A DNA stretch of 64,000 bases from Octopus sinensis (lineage: Eukaryota): positions 23,622,001 to 23,686,000 of the forward strand of contig NC_043014.1 in NCBI RefSeq assembly GCF_006345805.1. Direction: 5' to 3'. A program made the translations under genes and the position numbers. The notes below the pieces were generated by a model. The model was not told the origin of the DNA. It was given only the letters and a program-made list of their open reading frames with translations, and did not search any database. This document shows, piece by piece, positions 12,720-23,945 of the stretch. Position 1 is the first letter of the stretch. Each line of letters starts with the position of its first letter.

Positions 12720-15700
12720 TAACCCGGACCCAAATTCCATCCAACCATCATTTTATTTTTAACTCTCATCCGCAAAACATATATAAATCCACTAAACCCA
12801 TTCCGATCGACCCCAAAGGCCTACGTAATTCTGATGGCTATGAAACCGCCCTTTCTAATTTATCCGATGAAGAATCGAATGCCGCAGTTCACAGTAGAGA
12901 ACAGAACGACCATTTTGCCCACTCAAGATCAGCAATCATTTATGGTAAAGCTGAATCCACCGGTGATACAGGCATAAAACGCCTAAAAGATGACATAAAT
13001 TTTGTTTCCGTTTTAGTTGGAGAATTGTTCTCAGTCAACGAAAATGTCAGTATCCATAAGGTTGCTCGGCTAGGAAGATTCCAAGTGAACTCAACCTCAG
13101 ACACTAGACCACGCCCAATAAGAGTAATCTTTTCTTCCGATCAGGAGGCTTCAACCTTTCTGAACAGAGCTCAGAAGCATGCCTGGGAGGACCCCAATAT
13201 GGGTTTTCGCGAGAGAGAATTCGTCGGAGAAACCTGATATCCGAACTGAAGATGAGAAAACAGATGGGAGAGAAGGGTTTACGCATCCAAGATGGACAAA
13301 TAATCAAGTCCTACCTCTGGTCGCATGCTGTAGTGCTGACAGGGAAAGTGAATCGAGGGTTAATCGAAGTAAAGTAGATACCCCCGACAACGATGCTATC
13401 TCTGATACCCCTTATTCTGCTTGTTCCCTAATTCCCGCCCCTCAAACTTCACAGCTCAGCATTGTCTATACCAACTCGTGCTCCTTATTTCCAAAGTTCA
13501 GCAAATTATTTACACTGGCCATGTGTGATTCCCCAGATGTGATAGCTATCACCAAGACTTGGCTGACTCCAGCAGTAAAGGACTTGGAAATCCACCTACA
13601 GGGCTACACCCTCTTCAGATGTGACAGAAAAAAGGCGAGGTGGAGGCGTTGCTGTGTATGTTAAATCTGATCTCAAACTGTCCAGTTGTATTCTACCCAG
13701 TAATGTTCAACCTACAACAAAATTCGATGCCTGTCCATGTTAGCTGTCTACAGGCCGCCTCTTGCCGACCCCCAGGATGATGCTCATTTACTCGAAGCGA
13801 TAAGATTTGTTTCAGCTTCTCATGAATGTTTGATATTAGGAGACTTCAACGCTCCCACAATCGACTGGCCCACATCAATTTGTACATCATCTTCCCGGTT
13901 CAGCCAGGCCCTTCTTGACGTGGCTGAAGATTGTTTTCTATCGCAACATGTTGAATCTCCGACAAAGCATCGGTCTGGGCAGCAGCCATCTATGCTGGAT
14001 CTGGTATTCTCCCACTATCCAAGATCAGTGTCAGGCTTATCTGTGTGCGTCCCTCTTGCCAAGAGTGATCACGCGGTCCTGAAGTTCGACATGCACACAA
14101 CTTTTTCTACACCCACGACTACTTCGCTGCCACGTAGAGTCTTTTCTGCAATCAATCTTGAAATTCTAACCGAGGCTTCTGCACTGGCGATCCCTGATGA
14201 CAATGTCCTCAGTTGACGAACTATGGTCGTCCCTCAAAGCATATGAAATCTGGTTGACTGACCAAGCAGTTCCTGTTGGGCTTCCCAAGAAGAAGAAACA
14301 CAAGCCCTGGGTGACGAAGAAGGTTAAATGAGAACTTCGACTCAGAGGTATTGCTTGGTCTGAATTCAAAAATCTAGATTCGACTGCAGCTTTTGAGGTG
14401 TACAAAGCTCAATGAGACCGAGCCGTGAAAATTGAAAAGGAAGAACGCTTCAGATATGAATACAGAATCGCGGAGAATAGTGATAATCTGCCCAATTTTC
14501 AAGAAAGGGAGCCGAGAAGACCTGCTTAACTACTGACCGGTTTCCCTTACTTCAATAATCAGCAAGATGTTCGAAACCATCCTTAAGAAAAGTATGTTGC
14601 TCCACCTCCAAAACACAGCCTCTATCTCTGATTCCCAACACGGCTTCGTGCTGAAGAGATTATGCTTGACCAACTTATGGTAATGGAAGAATTGGTGACG
14701 CATATCCTGGATGATGGTGATGCTGTTGACATCGTTTTATTGGACTTTGCCAAAGCTTTTGACTCGGTTAACCACTGCCTATTACTTGTCAAGCTTCAAG
14801 CATATAGTTTCCATCCGGATATTGTACGATGAGTTGGCGCCTTCTTCTCAGATCGCTCCTTCCAAGTCCAAGTTAATGGTTTGCTGTCCGACGTCTCCAG
14901 TGCGAGCAGTGGTGTGCCTCGAGGTTCAGTGCTTGGGCCCTTATTATTTTTAGTCTTCATAAATGACTTGCCCGACGACCTCACGCAACACACCCTTCTA
15001 TTTGCCGATGATGTCAAACTGGTCGCTCCTCGCGGTGATATAGATGATCTTCGTCGATGCCTCCACCAAGTTTGGAGATGGTCTAACGAATGGGACCTGT
15101 GTCTGAACGTGTCAAAGTGCTGTCATTTGCCTGTTGGCTCCTCTCCTGCAACTCAACTTGATTTCGAGCCGGAGAGGACCGACCAGGTAAAGGACCTGGG
15201 TATCTTGGTGGATTCTTCCTTTTCGCCTTCGGCCCAGTGCGTCCATGCTGCCAAAAAAGCACATGGAGTTCTGTTTTTGAGTCGACGGTCATTCGGAATG
15301 CTCACAGCAGCCATATTCCTACCGTTCTATGTCACGCTGGTGAGACCCATATTGGAGTACAGGATTCAGGCCTCTTCTCCTTATCTCCTCAAAGACATAC
15401 ATCATCTCGAAAGAGTCCAGAAGCTGGCTACCCGCATGGTTCATGGTCTCAAGCATTTGTCTTATGAGGAAAGGCTGAAGACGCTTGACCTTTATTCTCT
15501 AGAAAAATGACGACGTCATGGTGATCTCATTCTTGCTCACAACATCATAAGCGGAAAGTGTAACCTCTCGAAAGAGCTGTTCTTCACTCCTGCTCCAGAG
15601 TGTCAGCTGCGGAGTCACTCCAAAAAGCTCTATCTGTGACGATTTCATCTCAATCGAAGGAGAGGGGCTTTCTCCGTCCGGGTTGCGGATCCGTGAAATA

Positions 15701-15880
15701 AGCTTCCGGACGAGATAGTGAAGATGCCGACGACCGCTCGGTTCAAAGTCTCTCTTGATCAGATATGTCCTGAACTCTTTGCTTGAACACCCTCCCTGTA
15801 CATAACTCCATGTCCCCCTACATGGCCTTGCATTTTGAGCCAAAAAATTAACTTAACTGAAATTAAAGTTAATTAAATTA
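12720..15880 (+). mobile_element. Decayed CR1/Jockey-group LINE (ORF1 remnant, APE endonuclease, RT)
   Basis: YTNSCSL, DVIAITKTWL, VYRPP, ILGDFNAPTIDW, LDLVFS, SDHAVL, then LDFAKAFDSV, SGVPRGSVLGPLLFLVFINDL, LFADDVKL. Many stops and frameshifts. Confidence 0.9.
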
Positions 15881-16042
15881 ACTTAACCATCCGTTTTTTC
15901 ATAATATAAATAAGCGTGTTTCTATGCTAAATGTCCCTTGTCTGTCCTTGTAATGTCCCCTCTATGTAAACCTCTTTATAAGGAAATAAAGAAATATCTC
16001 TCGCACATAGCTGGTATGTTTCCATGTATTATGTATTGTGTG

Positions 16043-16140
16043 TAAAAAACATCCTGATGAGGGGAGTGTCAATTTGAATATATGAAATGTTTCATATTAA
16101 TTGGCACATCTCCGAAACGGCCCGTAGATGAACATTTTTG
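16043..16140 (+). ncRNA. Type I hammerhead ribozyme (intronic, sense to RalBP1), probable Penelope pseudo-LTR
   Basis: CAUC CUGAUGA(16054-60) GGGGAGUGUCAAUU[...]AAUUGGCACAUCUCC GAAAC(16114-18) GGCCC GUA GAUG. Stem I is 4 bp plus a distal A5/U5 helix, stem II is about 14 bp, stem III is ACG/CGU. Predicted cleavage after 16126. Confidence 0.9.
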
Positions 16141-16482
16141 TAATTTTGTATATTTATCTTTTCTGTATTTTTTCTGGAATTTTAGGACGTCATTTTAATA
16201 TGTCATTGTATGTTTTATTATCCCAAATTTTTAATTTAACCAATAATTTACCAAATGTTTTATGATTTTAAGCGTAAATTCAATGTGTTTTATATGCAAC
16301 ACTGATTCTTATATATTTATATATTTTATATGATGTTTATTTATTTATATATTATTATATTTTTAAACGTTGCACTTTATATCTATTCTGTAGATATAAA
16401 TGAATATATGTATGTGTTTGATCTTTCTGTGGATTTTGTAATGTTCCTTTAGTTGCTGCTCACATTGCCTCCGCTCAGATTA

Positions 16483-16532
<50 letters not shown>

Positions 16533-16652
16533 CTTCCATTTAACCCCTGGTCCAGGGGAAATGACCCATCCTCAATAATGTTTTTCTCTGATCGCCATTT
16601 AACCATTTAATCCTAGCATTTCACCACTTCCGGAAAGTGAAAAGTTAAATAT

Positions 16653-16734
16653 GTCTTTGTATAGAGTCTGATGAGCTGTCCACAAGGCTGTAGTTTTTGT
16701 GGATATGAAACCATTGGTCACTCTTTGACCAGAC
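16653..16734 (+). ncRNA. Type I hammerhead ribozyme (intronic, sense to RalBP1), second unrelated sequence family
   Basis: gucu-uuguau-AGAGU CUGAUGA(16668-74) G-c-UGUCCACAA[..]UUGUGGAUA-U GAAAC(16707-11) CAUUG GUC ACUCU-uugacc-agac. Stem I is 5+4 bp, stem II about 10 bp, stem III near-palindromic ACCAUUGGU. Predicted cleavage after 16719. Confidence 0.9.
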
Positions 16735-16784
16735 TTTAACTTTATATTATAATATATATTATTATTATAACATATATATATATA

Positions 16785-17074
16785 CTAGCAGTATAGCCCG
16801 GCTTTGCTTGGGATTAAGTTAGGATTATTAAGCTAATCAAGCTCTTTATTTCAAACCAAACTAAGTAACATCAATGTAAAATTTGAGCGAAATCCGTTGC
16901 AATTGGTAAACTTTTGGCTGAAAACGAGTTGCTGACAATTTGATTGGGAGATCCCATAAGGAATTGGTTTATTGATTTTTTTTTTTTTCGTTTTTGGAGA
17001 ACTTAAAGCATTCAAAGATCCCCCGATCCCCCGATCCTCTGTGTGAGAAGCGGTTATGTTCAGATCACAACTAA

Positions 17075-17120
<46 letters not shown>

Positions 17121-17800
17121 GCAACGCACACAAATATATATGTACATACACCTATTTTCGAAACATTGTTTACAAAATGATAGCTGTTCGTTTGCGAAGG
17201 AGCGTGTCTCGAGCAACAAACACACATACACATAAACATATACGTACATACATCTATTTTCGAAACATTGTTTACAAAATGCAACAGTTTCAAAACATTG
17301 TTTACAAAATAATAGCTGATTGTTTGCGAAGGAGCGTGTCTCGGGCAACACACACACACACACACACACACATTGCATACATGTGTTTTGTACGCATACA
17401 TGTTTGTGTGTGTGTGTGTGTGACTGAAGCTATTCACACATACATACATACATAACAACCCCTATCTGTCTGATTTTGCCTCTCAACCACTCATTAAAAG
17501 GATGAAGTTTTTAAAAAAATGTTCTCTCTCTCTCTCTCTCCCTCTTCCTCTCTTTACACCATCGTTAGAAGGGGACTTAACTCATATTTGCAAATGGCAT
17601 ATTTCTCCGATTTGAAAAATGTTTAAAAGTTATGGCTTAAAATTATTTTTACCGTTATTCGCTGCTGCCTCAGGGGAAAATAATTTGACGAAAATACAGC
17701 TAGGGTCGTAACGAATGTCCTAAAATTTGAGTGACATGCGTGCGAATTTGTGGACGTGCATAATTTACATTCATGTACACACACACACACATCATGCCTT
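16785..17800. mobile_element. Helitron-like non-autonomous element(s) with internal tandem repeats
   Basis: Start tatactagcagtatagcccggc is shared with 54577. An internal duplicated block tattttcgaaacattgtttacaaaat...gcgaaggagcgtgtctcg is present. Confidence 0.45.
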
Positions 17801-17812
17801 TTATATATATAC

Positions 17813-17845
<33 letters not shown>

Positions 17846-17849
<4 letters not shown>

Positions 17850-19350
17850 AGTTGGTCATCCCGGTTTTCAAGCAGGGAAACAGATCCCTCGCACTCAACT
17901 ATCGCCCAATCTCACTCACCTCCCACATCATTAAAGTGTTTGAAAGAGTGTTAAGATCAAGGATAGCTGACTTCCTGGAGACCCACAAACTCCTAAATGC
18001 AAATCAGCATGGCTTTCGCTGTGGCAGGGACTGTCTAACACAGCTCTTACACCACATTGAAGATGTACTCAAAGTCTTGGGAACAGGTTCGAACTCTGAC
18101 GTCATATATCTTGACTTCAGTAAAGCGTTCGACAGGGTAGACCATAATATCCTACTCTCAAAATTGGCAAATCTTGGAATCCATGGAAAAGTTCTACACT
18201 GGATTAAGTATTTCCTGGCGAATAGAACACAACATGTTGTAGTTGATGGAGTCCACTCAAGCCCAGCAAAAGTCACCAGCGGTGTTCCCCAGGGGAGTCT
18301 TGGGTCCGCTACTCTTCATAATTTACATAAACGATCTTTCCAGTGTCGTACATTACTGCAAAGTGAAAATATTTGCTGATGACACTAAGCTTCAGCAAAT
18401 TGTCAATGAAGAAGCAGACCGAACTCAACTCCAGTCTGATCTATATGCTGTAAGTCAATGGGCAGACAGAAACAAAATGCAACTGAATGAGTGAAAATTT
18501 GAGCTGATGCATTTTGGAAGAAATTCCTCACTAAAACAGCCATACTCTCTTCCTTCAGGGGAACTGCTCACAGCCTCTAACAATATCAGAGACCTGGGTG
18601 TAATTGTTGATGACGATCTCAGTTGGAGTGCACACATCAACAAGAAGGTCGATATAGCTCGTAGGATGAGTTCCTGGATCTTAAGAACTTTCCGGTCCAG
18701 AGAACAAGGTGTCATCATACCACTTTTCTCCTCCTTTGTACGGCTACACCTCGAATATTGCTGCCCACTGTGGTCTCCCCATACAAGACAAAACATCTCG
18801 AGGATTTAGTCACCCCAGAGGGCACTCACTAAACAAATTGAAGGCATGGCTGCTCTCGATTATTGGGATCGCCTTAAAGCCTTGAAACTTTACTCTCTCC
18901 AGCGTCGCCGTGAGCGGTACATCATTTGTACGATGTGGAGAATATATCGCCAACTTTGCCCAAACGACCTGAACATTAGCTTCAAGGTTCATCCAAGACT
19001 GGGACCATGGGCCATACGTCCCCTACCCAATTCAAGATCACAGTATACATGTACACTGCAACATAATTTCTTTTCCTCAACAGGCCCTGCCCTATTTAAC
19101 ATTGTCCCGAGGGAGATCAAAGAGGAAAAGGATCCCATCAACTTTAAACGGAGTCTGGATAGATTCTTTCAAAGAATACCAGATAAGCCACCCATAATTG
19201 GATACAACTCACCCAACAAGAACTCACTACTTGAATGGACCATAAACAAAACTTGACTTAAACAGGATTCGAATAATCCTATCAGGTGGTGCTATTAAGT
19301 TAGACATGGCCTGGACCAATCTTTGGTCGAAACATATCTAAGTTTATCTA

Positions 19351-19358
<8 letters not shown>
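17846..19358 (+). mobile_element. 5'-truncated CR1/L2-type LINE (RT), embedded in (TA)n
   Basis: NYRPISLTSH, NQHGFRCGRDCLTQLL, YLDFSKAFDRV, SGVPQG, IFADDTKL, KLYSLQRRRERY. (TA)n on both flanks. Confidence 0.92.
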
Positions 19359-19383
<25 letters not shown>

Positions 19384-19492
19384 ACCAGCCAGCAGGTTGT
19401 CACCATTTGAAAGCTAATACAATGTGAAGAACCATACCGTGATCAGTGGTTGATAACAGTATTTGATAGTAGTCTGTTTGATAGTGATATGG

Positions 19493-20470
19493 GTCATCCC
19501 ATAAATAATGCAGTTTTTTTATACTTCTTTTATTTTTCAAAATTAAGATAAACAAAGTTAATTTAAATCTAAAATATACCCTCCTTCATTTTCTACAATG
19601 CTCTTCCATCTCTATCTGGTAGACTTGCAAGGCCCATCTTCCAAAATTCACTTGTCCGTAACAAAAAATACTTCTCCAGTACTGTTCTGATCTCATCTAC
19701 ATATATTTTTACCATCCAAATGATTTTGAAGACTGCGGAATGAATGATAATCAGACAGGGAAATGTCCAGCGAATATGGTGGGTGGGGCATCATTTCCCA
19801 TTCAAACTGTTCTAGTCTTTGGAATGTCATCCTCGCTGTATGTGACTGAGCATTATCCTGATGGAAGAACACCTGCTATAAAAGCAGGTAGTAATTTTAC
19901 TTTGTGCTTATTCTTAGTGCAAGTTTTGAAGAGTGCAGTTCAATTTTAAGTTATTTTTTTCAAAGCTATAATGGAAGTAGCAAAGGAGCATATTTGGCAT
20001 ATTTTGCTTTATGAGTTCAATAAAGGCAACTACGCAACAGAATGTGCGAGGAATATTAATGCAGTACATGGGGATTAGACAATAATTGTAAGCCAGTTTC
20101 AATGGTGGTTCCAGAAATTCAGAGCCGGAAATTACAGTTGAGAAGACAAACCTTATCCTGGAAGATCTGTAGAGCTTGACGAGGATGTCCTGTAAACTCT
20201 GGTGGAACAAAATCCCATCATAGCTGTTGAGGAACTCAGAGAAGCTTAGATTTGGTCATTCAACCATTCATCAAAACCTGCGTCACTTCCATTTTAGCTT
20301 TGACAAAATAACTGTTAAGATAGAACTGCACTCTTCAAAACTTGCACTAAGAATAAGCACAAGGTAAAATGACTACCTGCTTTTATAGCAAGTTGATGCA
20401 GGTAGTTAATCCCATCCTTTTCTGACTTTTAGTTTATGCAATTGAAAAAAAATCACATTATTTATGGGAT

Positions 20471-20473
<3 letters not shown>
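19493..20473 (+). mobile_element. Internally deleted mariner/Tc1 element
   Basis: Terminal inverted repeats gtcatcccataaataatg / cattatttatgggatgac followed by TA. Transposase N-terminal remnant (HIWHILLYEFNKG...WFQKFRAGN) at about 19970-20280. Confidence 0.8.
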
Positions 20474-20504
<31 letters not shown>

Positions 20505-20505
<1 letters not shown>

Positions 20506-21200
20506 CATAACTTAAGTCATTTCGATTTAAGTCGTTCTCGATTATATGTCGGTTTTCAAAAATAACATATGGAAAAATCAAAATCAAAGTAAGTCATTTT
20601 ATTCGACTTTATGTCTGTCCACCACAAATATTGGAATTGTAAAATCACTAGAAAACCATTAAAATCACATAAAATCATGTTACTGTACAATAAATAAGAA
20701 TAAAGCATATAAAATCATTAAAATAGGTACAGTAAATGTTAAGATACACACCATAAAGTAGTGTAGTTAGTGAATGAAATCATGAAATCAGCTGTGTTGT
20801 CTTATTTATTGGTCCTTCGGAGCAATTGTAGTTCCAATATCTACCATTAGCTGTTGTTGTCACTCGTGATTGTTTTGAATTCAGATTTGTTTACATCTTT
20901 TTATTGGCTACTTTATCATTCTCATTCATATGTGACTTTATTGAAAGTGCTAAGCGTCATGCTACAATGCTGGACGATAAACTGGCTGTGATAAAAACCA
21001 TGAAAAAGGTGAAAAAGTGGTAGCAATTGCACAATCTTTTGGGATGAGTCAGACAACTGTATCGACGATTGTACATAAGAGGGACAAGATTTTAGCACAC
21101 ATGGTTTTTATTAACTATGTATTATTGAAAATGCATTCATAAATAAAGTACAGAATTGGGAATGGTTATCGGTTTAGCCTAGAGACAAGTTAATTTGGCT
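20505..21200 (+). mobile_element. Tigger/pogo-like DNA transposon remnant
   Basis: Frameshifted CENP-B-type HTH: LDDKLAVIK...KGEKVVAIAQSFGMSQTTVSTIVHKRDKI at about 20970-21100. Confidence 0.65.
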
Positions 21201-21261
21201 TAAGTTGTGTCTCCTGGAACCAATTAACAATGTCGGGTGGGGTATACAAGTGAAATCATAG

Positions 21262-21537
21262 TCATAGCCAATGCCGGTACTGTCTGACTGGCACCCATGC
21301 CGGTGGCATGTAAAAAGCACCGTTGGGCCTCATGGAGGCAGTGACAGGTGACCGAGACATTCTGTGATATACCGTGCTTGTATATCACAGTATGGAGTAG
21401 TTGGCGTTAGGAAGGGCATCCAACTGTAGAAACCTTGCCAAATCAGATTGGAACCTGGTGCAGCTCTCTGGCTTACCTGTTTTCAGTCAAACTGTCCAAC
21501 TCATGCCAGCATGTAAAACGGATGTTAAATGATGATT
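21262..21537 (+). mobile_element. RTE-type 3' tail fragment
   Basis: gttggcgttaggaagggcatccaactgtagaaacc...ggatgttaaatgatgat. Confidence 0.75.
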
Positions 21538-21670
21538 ATATTGATATTGATATGAAACTTTCATTCTAAGTTTTATTTTAATTTTTTTAATTTTCTCAAA
21601 ATTTTCAACTTTGTTTCTTTTCCTTTTAGTTTTTTACATCCTATTTATCTTTCAAAATATTTATAACTAG

Positions 21671-21760
21671 ATTGCAAATACATTGAGGATGAAGAACTGC
21701 TGCGTCTTTTAGAAGAAGAGGAAGCTCTAAAACTAGAGGAGGAGGAATTAATTGCTATTG
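21671..21760 (+). CDS. RALBP1: RalBP1 coding exon (phase 1 to phase 1)
   Basis: AG acceptor at 21669-70 and GT donor at 21761. DCKYIEDEELLRLLEEEEALKLEEEELIAIG resembles recalled human NEEVINILLAQENEILTEQEELLAME. Confidence 0.8.
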
Positions 21761-22551
21761 GTAAATATTGTTTTAACAACACTTTTGTCCCGTGTTTTAA
21801 TTTGAAATATTGTTTATGTTCACATCAATGTTAGTATGTTACTGAAATAGCATTAACATTTTGTATGACACAAATCCACATGGTACTGTATCTGATGTCA
21901 GTCCTATACAGCCCATATACAAATCAAACCACCTTTGTATATGTTTGCTTTAAAAGAAATTATGAACTTTCTAATCTAGGAAGACAACTTAATCCCTTTG
22001 TGTATTATTTATTTGTTTTCTGTAACATTCATTATTAACGGTGACACGTGTAACTGAATTTTGGGATTTTTTTTTTTTAGTTTGCAGAAAATGCTGCTAA
22101 TCATTCTTTGATCAACAACTTATTTGATGATTTAATTGATGAATTAAGAGCAGATAAGGCTTTGGGGAGGATAACTGGATTGATATAGCTTTCTCATCCC
22201 TGCACACTTGGTATCTGACTTTACCTGAAGATTGATCACATACTGAACCTTTTGCAAGTGTTATTAGTTCAAAAATACTTTTAGGACTTGATTTAGTGCT
22301 TGTTGAGTTTTTTTTCCCCACTCATTTTTTTCTATTGACCTTTGATTGGTACAGTCATGCAACAAACTAATTTATATATGATATAAAAGGGAGCAGTCAA
22401 CTCTGTTTTTTACATGTGCTGAAATTTGTATCTCTGGGTGTTGTTTCTGATATTAGCAATAATTTACCTGTAAATTTCATAAGGAGTGAGCTGCAAAAAG
22501 GTCAGGGAAAAATATTTTTTTTGTGTTTGATTTGTTTGTATTTTTACTCTC

Positions 22552-22912
22552 CTACTTGTTTCAGCCATTTGACTACAGCCATGCTGGAGCACTGCCTTAA
22601 AGAGTTTTTAGTTGAAGAAGTTGACCCCAGGACTTATTCTTTGTAAGCCCAGTACATATTCTATCAGTGACTTTTGCTGAACCGCTAAGTTAGAGGGACG
22701 TAAACACACCAACATCAGTTGTCAAGCAATGGCGGTGGGACAAACACAGATACAAAGACACACACACATAAATATATACACAATGGGCTACTTTCAGTAT
22801 CTGTCTATCAAATCCACTCACAAGGCTCTGGTTGGTCCAAGGTGCCATGCAGTGGAATTGAACCTGGAACCATGTGGTTTGGAAGCAAGCTTCTTACCAC
22901 ACGTCCATGCCT
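22552..22912 (-). mobile_element. tRNA-derived SINE, near full length
   Basis: Reverse complement of 23053-23424, with divergence. Confidence 0.85.
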
Positions 22913-23052
22913 GTCTATCACTAATTTTTCTTTCCATCAGGTGTCTCTTATTCCTTCACTCTTTCTGTTCATCTCTCTCTCTCCCTCACTCTTTTTTAGT
23001 GTATCTGGGGTTTTTTAAGTTAGTATTACATAATTAATTAACAGTTACACAT

Positions 23053-23424
23053 AGGCGCAGGAGTGGTTGTGTGGTAAGTAGCTTGTTTACCAACCACATG
23101 GTTCCGGGTTCAGTCCCACTGCGTGGCACCTTGGGCAGTGTCTTCTACTATAGCCTCAGGCCGATCAAAGCCTTGCGAGTGGATTTGGTAGACGGAAACT
23201 GAAAGAAGCCCGTCGTATATATGTGTGTTTGTGTTTGTCCCCCTAGCATTGCTTGACAACCGATGCTGGTGTGTTTATGTCCCCGTTACTTAGCGGTTCG
23301 GCAAAAGAGACCGATAGAATAAGTACTGGGCTTACAAAAGAATAAGTCCCGAGGTCGAGTTGCTCGATTAAAGGCGGTGCTCCAGCATGGCCGCAGTCAA
23401 ATGACTGAAACAAGTAAAAGAGAG
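23053..23424 (+). mobile_element. tRNA-derived SINE, full length
   Basis: Head ggcgcaggagtggttgtgtggtaag (A box), ggttcagtccc (B-box-like), central core, and 3' end ggcggtgctccagcatggccgcagtcaaatgactgaaacaagtaaaagag. Confidence 0.9.
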
Positions 23425-23624
23425 TATGCACAACATTATTTTTAGCACAAATGACTTATTATATTAAAAACTAAGTCATTTCTGCAGTGCTGCCAGTTTT
23501 CACAATAATCTAACAAGTAAAGACACTTTCAAATAAACAAACCAATTCTTAGGTATTTTCTGGTCTTGACTTGAAAAACTTTTCAACTGGATGTTAAAAG
23601 TTAATTATCTTCACCTTTCTACCA

Positions 23625-23945
23625 CTAATAATTGCTTCACAGTCTCATGGTTTCTGGTTCAGTCCCATTGTATGACACAGAGAAGTGTCTTTTACTGTAG
23701 CCCTTGGTTTGATCAATCCCTTGTTAATGAATTTGGTAGATGGAAATTGTATGATGCCTGTTGTATATATGTGTGTGCGTGTATGTCACTGTTCATATTC
23801 TGTGTATGCTTGAATGGAAAAATGGTGGTAGCACTTAAGGGTTAGCAACAAGAAGGGTATTTGGCTGAAAGTCAATGCCTTAATAATATGTGTTTATCCA
23901 AGCCATGCTAACATGGAAAAATGGATGTAGAATGAACGTATGATC
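23625..23945 (+). mobile_element. Older SINE with the same head and core but an RTE-type tail
   Basis: ggttcagtccca...gaatttggtagatggaaa core followed by degenerate ggttagcaacaagaagggtatttggctg...ccatgctaacatggaaaaatggatgt. Confidence 0.55.

Noticed and set aside
14195-14235. CTGATGA...GAAC...GTC hammerhead-like string in the CR1 LINE
   Set aside because: It lacks GAAA (A15.1), stems I and II do not close, and it lies in coding sequence.
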